From Alphaproteobacteria bacterium (GTDB lineage Bacteria > Pseudomonadota > Alphaproteobacteria > MPNO01 > UBA830): a stretch of 64,000 nt of DNA. Of the stretch, positions 53,881 to 61,319 are shown piece after piece. Position numbers and translations under genes: made by a program. Location of the stretch: contig OZ219791.1 in the NCBI GenBank assembly GCA_964291215.2, positions 1,280,001 through 1,344,000 on the forward strand, written 5' to 3'. The notes under the pieces are model-generated. The model was not told where the DNA came from. It ran no database searches and saw only the letters and a list, made by a program, of their open reading frames with translations. Position 1 is the first letter of the stretch; each line of letters starts with the position of its first letter.

Positions 53881-53916
53881 CGAACTTTTCTCCTTAGGAA
53901 TCTCGCCAAAATGAAT

Positions 53917-53983
53917 TGAAAGCCGCAGACATCATCAACGAGCACCACGACCAATCAGAACCCAACTAGGGGTGGGTAGATAC
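53917..53983 (+). mobile_element. IS66 right-end remnant
   Basis: Reverse complement of ~39802-39865; ends GGGGTGGGTAGATAC. Confidence 0.75.
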
Positions 53984-54462
53984 ACGGAAAGCTGTATTGG
54001 CATCAGTCTGCGCGTAGACAATGAACTGATAAGGGGTTCCGTTCGTCAGGCCCGTTACCGTGTGGCTTCTTGTGCCGGAGTTGGAAGCTGGAATAGCGAT
54101 GGGTGTCCCAGCCCAACGATGTGCGCCGCCATTGATCTTGTACCCCCAACCGGTTAGCCCGCCGCCGGTATACGTCCAGTTCAGCGTCACCTGTCCGTTG
54201 CCCGCCGTGGCGGTGAGGACCGGCGATTGCGCCTGCGCGTATTGGGGCGCGAGGGCGGCGGCCAGCGCGATGAGGAAGAGGGCAGCGAATGCCGCCTTCA
54301 GGAGGCGGGCGGTTCTTTCGAGGGCGCCCACCGGCTCAGCCCCGCGCCCTGACTCTTGAGGGGGGGGGGGGGGGGGGGTACAACGAGTTCGCGCGCGCGT
54401 GAGGCGCTCCGTCCGAAGAGCCGCAGGTCATGCATCCCGACATCGCCCGGCGTCTGCGTCAT
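53984..54462 (-). pseudogene. Secreted fibronectin type III protein, 5' part; frameshifted at poly-C and truncated by an IS66 end
   Basis: Signal ..AQAQ; LTATAGNGQVTLNW..HTVTGLTNGTPYQF; upstream ATG at 54462 with GGAGG RBS is out of frame across C19. Confidence 0.78.
54360..54378. repeat. G19 homopolymer (simple-sequence contingency tract)
   Basis: 19 consecutive G within the 5' coding region of the FN3 gene. Confidence 0.9.
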
Positions 54463-55874
54463 GGCCCCATCCTCCCGTGCCGAATTCCACGCCGCCGCGC
54501 CCGAACGGCCGCAGCGAACCCGTCATCGCAATCTATAACCCGTCCGCTGGCCGGTTTCAAGGCGCGCCGCGCCCGATACACGGCGATCCCACGCCAGGTT
54601 TGTTGGAAGGGTCGGTTTCGCTTGTTTAGGATGATTCGCATTTTCGCAGGCTTTTTGTGAAGCGACGCAGTATCCGTTGTCGTGGAGGCAGCGGATTTTT
54701 TGAGACGACTCCGGAGGGTTTTGCGCTCCGGGATGTGGTTGTGCGCCTTGCGCGGCCTGATGTCGCTAGAATCGTGTCGTTGACCGTATCTTGGTTTCAA
54801 GCAGTTTGCCGGTCGAGGTCTGCGTGTTCACCTGGCGCGGGCGGTGGATTGGTGCTGCGGGCTGGCAGACGGGCGCCCTCGGCTGCGCACCCGTTGGCTG
54901 GCGCCGCGGGGAACAGTTCAGGCGGTTGCCGGGAACAACACGAGGTTTGTTGTTCCTGGTGGTCGTTTCCGGGCCTTGCCTCGTTTGCGTTGTCGCAGAT
55001 GGTGCGGCGGCGACCGGGAGGCTGCCGTTGCTTGTTGCGGAGTCGTTTGTCTTGCCGACGAAGTTCAGCGGCACCATGTACAAGGCGGCGAACCGGGAGT
55101 GCGTTGGCAGGGGCCATGCGCGCGCCAGCGGGCGCCGACTGGGGAGGCGAAGGATCCTTGCGTATTTCCGCTGCGTCGCGATGTCGGCTGCGGGATCGTT
55201 CGCCGCTTCCTGTGGCGTGGGAGTTGCGGGCGCCGCTGGTCGGCGCAGGAGTTGCGCTCGATTTATCAGCGGCGCTTTCCGGCGCGCGCAGGGGCATCGC
55301 CTCGGTGCTGTGCGTGATGGCGCGGCTTGCGAACCGGCGCGGTGGCGCACTACGACGCAGAAGGAGCTGGAGCAGCGTGGAAGAACAGGGACAAGCCGGC
55401 CTCCAAATCGACCGTGCACCGGGTGCTGCAGAACACCGACCCGGGATGGATCGAGGATGCGGCGCGCAGCCGCAGGCCGGCAACGCGGTCGACGGCAAGC
55501 GCACCGGCGAGGATCATTACGAGACGGTCTCGCTGGCCGGTATTCGATCCTCAACTGTCACGACGGGGAGATCGCTGCCGTCCACGCCGCGACGGCGCCG
55601 GCCGGCTGCTCACCCTCGACGCGCTCCATACCACCCGCGAGGCTGATCGTCGAGACCCATCGCGCGGACTGATGGTCAAGGGCAACGCACCTTCGAGAGA
55701 GCATCAACTGGAAGGCCGCCAGCACTACAACGAAAAGCCCGCGCATGGCCGCCAGCGCACCATCTTCACCCCGCTGGCGAAGATGATCAACTAGCAGATC
55801 TTCCGCGTCACCCGGCGCGTCGAATTCAGGAAAACCGAACACGCCATGACCTTATATGACTAGGTTTTGTCTCC

Positions 55875-56115
55875 TTGATGATGAAATCATCCACAGCAGT
55901 TGGGGGCGGGAAAATGTGGATCTGTGGGAGAGCGTCCGGTTTATGGTTGCAGAGAGATTCCGCTCCCCTGAGCGAACATGCACAGGGGATCAAACGATCT
56001 CCGCGGAGGTTGCCGTTTTGACCTTGACAGAGCCGCGACCGAGTGTGGTCGGCCAACCTCCCTTGACGTCCCTCGCATGGATGCCTGGGTTTGAACCCAT
56101 CGTAAGGCGAGGAGC
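55875..56115 (+). ncRNA. Putative IS110 bridge RNA
   Basis: Target loop closed by GGAGGTTG/CAACCTCC contains TGACCT and GACCGAG; donor loop closed by CCTCGC/GCGAGG contains ATGGATGC and GTAAG. The 5' boundary is approximate. Confidence 0.75.
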
Positions 56116-56874
56116 AAGGGACGATGGTCAAGGTAGTAGCAGGGGTCAGCCAGTCTGGACATCTGGCGCATTGTTTTGCGGACGACGCCACGGGCAGGTG
56201 GCTTCGCGGCCTCGGGGTGAGCCGGGTGGTGGGCGACAGGCCGCTATCACCGCAAGGTTCACCAGTGTCTTCATGACCGGGGCTTCGAGGTTATTCTCGT
56301 CAACCCGTTGCGGGCGCTTCGCCGAGGCGCCAACCGCGTCGACGCCAAGATCGGCTGGGCGATCTCGAGCCTGTGGCTCCGCCTTCCTCAAGAGCCTGGA
56401 GGATCTCCTGGTGCCGCGCTTGTCGACGCGTGGCAGATGAGGTAGATGGCGAGACCGTCACAAGGGCCTCGGCGGCCGATCTCGATGATCGCATTGCCGG
56501 CGCGGCGATCAAAGCGGTGATCACCGGTGATTCCGAGCAGAGGTACGCCATCCTGACCTCGATCCCCGGTCCGATGACCGCCGCGGCCCTTCTTTGCTGG
56601 ATGCCCGAACTCGGCAGCGTCGGCAGCCTTGATCGGGGTGGCGCTGATGGCCAACGACCACGGTGCTCGGCACATCCGTGGCGGGCGCCGAAGGCCACGC
56701 GATCTCCTGGCCGCAACCGGCACGCTTCAACGCGGACCTGGTGCGCCTCAAGACTGCCGGCAAGCAAGGTCGCGATTGTCGCCGTGATGCGCAAGCTCTG
56801 GCGAACACCTTGCTGCGACAGCAGCGTTGCTGGTCGACCGAAGCACCGGTGAGTGAGCGAAGGAGACCACCTTC

Positions 56875-57060
56875 ATGGCCCTCACCCCTGCCGAGAGCGC
56901 GATCGGGACTGTCTCGACAGTCTCCCTCTACGACACGACTTGGGAAGAATGTCTGCAGATCATCGTCGAGGCCGACATCGAGGAGATCGAACCGCCTTGG
57001 GACACCTGGAACCCGGACGGTCACGTGCCCGGGGACGGCAAGGTAGCCGCGTTCACGTGA
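56875..57060 (+). CDS. Small acidic hypothetical ORF inside the IS110 right end (possibly eroded)
   Basis: AAGGAG RBS, ATG, 61 aa; family unrecognised. Confidence 0.4.
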   Translation: MALTPAESAIGTVSTVSLYDTTWEECLQIIVEADIEEIEPPWDTWNPDGHVPGDGKVAAFT

Positions 57061-57843
57061 CCAATGGACGGCAACCCGCCGCCGGGACCACAAGCTTCAT
57101 GTCGCCTCGCTCGCAGAGCAAACCCCACACCGCTTGTGGACAACCACAGAAAAAATCACCGCAGACACCCGCAAAAACCTTGCCAAGAAACATGGATGCT
57201 CGGTCGAGCGCGCCTCGCCGCAACAGTTGCTCGCATGGAATCGCGGACACCGGGTAGTCGAGAGCCATCATCATGTCCGCGACACCACCTTCCGCGAAGA
57301 CGACTCCATGCTCCGAACGCGCCCGCAAACAACGCGATCACCCTCGCAATCATCATCCGCAACAAGCTGCCCAAACCCTTCAACAGCTTCGTCGACACCA
57401 CTATGCCGACAAACGCAAGCAGGTCCTGCACGCAATCACAAGACCAGGCTGACCGCGCCTCTCTCCCCGACAGAAACCGCAAGCCTTCGAGCCCGGCAAC
57501 CAAACCCGGCAGGCCTCTCGCTCGCCCCGGATACGCCGACCAATCGCGCCCCGCGCCGCAACAGCGCGTCAGCAAATCTCAAAATCGCAGCCTCGAACGC
57601 GTCGACCCGCGCCGCGATCAGGACTCCGATCACATCACATCAACAAGCATGGGATCACCTTGGCTGAGCGCTCGGCGAGCTTTGCCAAATATCCACGACG
57701 CTGATATAGTTGCGGCACGGAGCGAGGAACGGTAGGCGCGCGGCGTCCCGGATCAGCGCGAAGAGCTTGTGGACTACGATTCCGCGTTTTTGCTCCTGCC
57801 GGTGCGCAGCGAAGCGGAGCAGAGTGTGCAGACGACGGGAGGG

Positions 57844-59103
57844 ATGACGAGGCGGGCGGTGCTCCGCGCTGGATTGGGCGGCTGCGTGGCTGCGCCCCTG
57901 TTCGGATCTGCCAGCCTCGCGCAGCAGGGCGACGGAGTGACCGACACCGAGATCGTTCTTGGAATGTCGGCGGCGTTCTCGGGCCCATCGCGGGGCCTCG
58001 GCATCGAACTCTACCGTGGCGCCAGCGCCTATTTTACCCATGTCAACCGGGCTGGCGGGGTGCAAGGCCGGAGGATCGTCGTCAAGACCTATGACGACGG
58101 CTATCAGCCGATCCCGTCGGTCGAGAACACTATGAAGTTGATGCTGCGGGACCGGGTGTTCGCGCTCTTCGGGTATGTAGGTACGCCGACGGTCACGCGC
58201 GTGCTGCCGATGCTGAAGAAATTTCAGCAGGAAAACGTTTACCTGTTTTTTCCGTTCACTGGCGCCCAGCCCCAGAGGGAGCCGCCCTACGGCGACTTTG
58301 CCTTCAACCTGCGCGCTTCCTACCGTCAGGAGACTGGAGGACTCGTTGACCAGTTCGTGTCGGTTGGCCGACGGCGCATCGGGATATTCTATCAGGCGGA
58401 TGCCTATGGTCGAAGCGGCTGGGCAGGCGCGCGACGCGCGCTCGCGAGGTACGGGGAGCGAATCGTCGGGGAGGCCACCTATCGGCGCGGCGAGAAGTTT
58501 ACCGGCAGCATGCGCCGCCAGGTAGACATCCTCAAGGCGGTCCGCCCCGATGCCGTGATTTGCATCGGCGCTTATGCGGCATGCGCTGCCTTTCTCCGCG
58601 ACGCCGTCGATCGAGGGCTGCGGGTTCCGATAGCCAACCTGTCCTTTGTTGGCAGCGAGAACCTGCTCAAGCTGATCAGGCGCGCGCGCGCGGACAGTGC
58701 GCCTTACACCCGACTTCTGGTGAACTCGCAGGTTGTTCCGAGCTACGAGGACGACTCGATTCCGGCGGTACGGCAGTATCGCGAACTGATGGGCCGCTAT
58801 GATCCGTTACCGCCGCAGGAACTGGTTACCGAACCCTACGCGCCGTTTCCGCACAGCTTCGTCGGCCTCGAGGGTTTCCTCGACGCCAAGCTGATGGTCG
58901 AGATATTGAATCGTCTCGGCGACAGCCCGCAGCGGGCGGCGCTCGACAAGGCCGTTTTCTCGGTGAAGGACTTCGATCTAGGGATCGATGAGCGCGTCTC
59001 ATTCGACCTCGGCCGGCGGCAGGGTTTGCAGCGCGTCTACTACACGGTCGTCGAAGGGGACAGGTTCGTGCCCCTGAAGGACTGGAAGGACAGGTTTTCG
59101 TGA
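57844..59103 (+). CDS. LivJ-like periplasmic binding protein with Tat-like signal
   Basis: TRRAVL; LGMSAAFSGP, YDDGY.P, GYVGTPT and NLRASY. Confidence 0.88.
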   Translation: MTRRAVLRAGLGGCVAAPLFGSASLAQQGDGVTDTEIVLGMSAAFSGPSRGLGIELYRGASAYFTHVNRAGGVQGRRIVVKTYDDGYQPIPSVENTMKLMLRDRVFALFGYVGTPTVTRVLPMLKKFQQENVYLFFPFTGAQPQREPPYGDFAFNLRASYRQETGGLVDQFVSVGRRRIGIFYQADAYGRSGWAGARRALARYGERIVGEATYRRGEKFTGSMRRQVDILKAVRPDAVICIGAYAACAAFLRDAVDRGLRVPIANLSFVGSENLLKLIRRARADSAPYTRLLVNSQVVPSYEDDSIPAVRQYRELMGRYDPLPPQELVTEPYAPFPHSFVGLEGFLDAKLMVEILNRLGDSPQRAALDKAVFSVKDFDLGIDERVSFDLGRRQGLQRVYYTVVEGDRFVPLKDWKDRFS

Positions 59104-59104
59104 G

Positions 59105-59839
59105 ATGAAGATTCCCAAGCTCTTTCAGAAGACGCTGTTCGGTATTTTCCTGCTGTTCGGCGTCATAGGCGTGTCGACCTCGATCCTCTGCATCTACACG
59201 GTTGATGTCCACCTGTCCGAGGAATATGAGAGTAACAGCAAGGGCATCGCGAAGACGATCGCCGATGCCAGCGTCGACATCATTCTCAACCGCGAACTGT
59301 CGGCGCTGCAGTCGCTGATCGACCAGTTCGTCGAAATCCAGGGCATAAGCTACATCTATGTCACTAGCGAATCGGGAGAGTTCCTCGCGCACACCTTCGT
59401 ACCCGGCATCCCCGAACAGATCCTGAAGGGCGACCCGACCAGCACCGCGACGGTCGAGCGTAGACTGCCGGGCATGGGTGACTTCGTCGAGGTCAGCAGC
59501 CCCATTCTTGCGGGTGTCGCGGGCGCAGTTCATATCGGCATGGATACCGGGCTGATCACGCTCCAGATCCAGCGGGCCATCGGCCATCAGATCTATCTCA
59601 TTTCCCTGATCTTCATCGGCGGCATCTTTGCCGCCCTGTGGCTGGTCAACCTTGCCGCGAAACCGATCGCTACGCTCCTCGCCTCTGCAGCAAGCGTTGC
59701 GCGTGACGGCGGCAGTGATGTCGACGAGAAGCTGCTTGCCCGCGGCGACGAGGCCGGGCACCTTGCCCGCCTGTTTCTGCATGTTGCCGGGACCGCCGCC
59801 CCGCCAGTGACCGCCGCCTCGTCGGACGAGCGCGCCTGA
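59105..59839 (+). CDS. Two-TM periplasmic-sensor protein ending in a HAMP-like domain
   Basis: TM, periplasmic domain (LAHTF.P..P), TM, then KPIATL..DEAGHLARLF; no output domain. Confidence 0.75.
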   Translation: MKIPKLFQKTLFGIFLLFGVIGVSTSILCIYTVDVHLSEEYESNSKGIAKTIADASVDIILNRELSALQSLIDQFVEIQGISYIYVTSESGEFLAHTFVPGIPEQILKGDPTSTATVERRLPGMGDFVEVSSPILAGVAGAVHIGMDTGLITLQIQRAIGHQIYLISLIFIGGIFAALWLVNLAAKPIATLLASAASVARDGGSDVDEKLLARGDEAGHLARLFLHVAGTAAPPVTAASSDERA

Positions 59840-59865
59840 CCGGCCGGCATGCGGACAAGCCTTCG

Positions 59866-61173
59866 ATGAGAGTTCCGCGGACGATAATCGTTATTCTCTG
59901 CACCGTGTTGCAGATCTGCTTCGGCACGGTGTATGCGTGGAGTTTCTTCCAGACACTCCTCGTTATGCAGCTCGGCTGGTCGTTCACCAATACCGCGGTC
60001 GCGTTCAGTGTCACCATCTTCTCGCTCGGCGTTTCCGCCGCTTGGGCAGGCTGGATGCTGCCGCGCCTCGGTCCGCGGAATCTGGCGCTGATCGGAAGCC
60101 TGATGTTCTCGGCCGGCTACATCATCGGCGGTCTCGCGCTGTACCTCGAGAACCTGCTCCTCTTCTACGCGGGCTACGGCGTGATCGGCGGTGCCGGAAT
60201 CGGGCTCGGCTACGTGACGCCGGTTGCTACCGCCGCAAAATGGTTTCCCGATCGCAAGGGGCTGGCCACGGGAATCGTGATCATGGGATTCGGGGTCGGG
60301 GCGTTCCTGCTGAGCAAGGCGCTGGCCCCGTTTCTGGTTGTCGTCACCGACAAGGATCTGCCTCTCGTGTTCGCCTGGCTCGGCGTGGTGTTTGCCGGCA
60401 TCCTGATTCCGTCGAGCCTGCTGTTGAGGGATCCGCCCGACGACTCCGGTGCCGCAGGCGCGAAAGCCGCGACGGGCGCGGAGGAGGCCGAAGAGGCGGA
60501 CGCTATCGGAGCGTGCCTCCGGTCGCGCGAGTTCATGATCATGTGGCTGGTATTCTTCTTCAACATCGCCGCCGGAATCTCGGTGATCAGCTTCCAGTCG
60601 TCCCTCCTTCAGGACGTCTGGGGTCTTGCCGATCCGTCGATCGAGCCGGAAATCCTGGCCGAATACGGGGCAACCCTGATCGCGGTGAGCTCGCTCTGCA
60701 ACGGGGCAGGACGCCTGTTCTGGGGATTGTTGTCGGACCGCCTCGGCCGCGTCCGGGTGTTCCGCATCCTGCTTGCCAGCCAGATGGTCGTCTTCGGCAT
60801 CCTGATGACGGAACGCGACCCATGGATATTCTCGATCCTGGTCTGCTACATCCTGCTGTGTTTCGGGGGCGGTTTCGCCACCATGCCGTCTTTCGTGGTC
60901 GATGTATTCGGCGCAAAACGGATGTCGGTGATCTACGGCGCGATCCTGACGGCTTGGGCGGCGGCGGGCATCTTCGGTCCCCTCTATGTCGGATATCTCA
61001 AGGACCAGTATCCCGACCGTGCGGTCATATACTGCTTCCTGATCGGGGTTTTGATTCTCGGCCTCGGCTTCATTTTTTCCTATTTGCTCAGCGATGACCG
61101 CATCCGTCTCGGCCGGCCGACGCTGGAGGGGACGCTGCGCGAATTCGGCATCCCCCTAGCGCGGCGAAACTGA
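59866..61173 (+). CDS. OFA-family (oxalate:formate antiporter-like) MFS transporter
   Basis: GTVYAWS, GIGLGY.TP...KWFPDRKGLATG, NGAGRLFWG..SDRLGR and GGGFATMP. Confidence 0.9.
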   Translation: MRVPRTIIVILCTVLQICFGTVYAWSFFQTLLVMQLGWSFTNTAVAFSVTIFSLGVSAAWAGWMLPRLGPRNLALIGSLMFSAGYIIGGLALYLENLLLFYAGYGVIGGAGIGLGYVTPVATAAKWFPDRKGLATGIVIMGFGVGAFLLSKALAPFLVVVTDKDLPLVFAWLGVVFAGILIPSSLLLRDPPDDSGAAGAKAATGAEEAEEADAIGACLRSREFMIMWLVFFFNIAAGISVISFQSSLLQDVWGLADPSIEPEILAEYGATLIAVSSLCNGAGRLFWGLLSDRLGRVRVFRILLASQMVVFGILMTERDPWIFSILVCYILLCFGGGFATMPSFVVDVFGAKRMSVIYGAILTAWAAAGIFGPLYVGYLKDQYPDRAVIYCFLIGVLILGLGFIFSYLLSDDRIRLGRPTLEGTLREFGIPLARRN

Positions 61174-61319
61174 CGGGCGGGGTGGCTCCTGCCGCCGGTC
61201 CTGAGCCCGGGGCGCGGGATGTCGTACTCCCGGTTCCTTGCTGGCCGCATTCCTCTCGACAGGGCCGCGGCTATTCTGCATTCTGTGCCATGATCGGGAT
61301 ATGCAGCGAGGCAGCCGAG

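Larger units (their letters stand above)
55851..57200 (+). mobile_element. IS110-family element (recombinase pseudogene ~56124-56856)
   Basis: No TIRs; CT core at both ends; empty site TGACCTCGGTC in copy B at 51610-51620; fragments MVKVVAGV, ILTSIPG.MTAAALL.MPELG and GK..KVAIVAVMRKL. Confidence 0.88.
54579..57662 (+). mobile_element. ISAs1-family copy C, both ends, interrupted by IS110
   Basis: Colinear with copy B; ends CACGGCGATCCCACGC / GCATGGGATCACCTTG. Confidence 0.9.
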
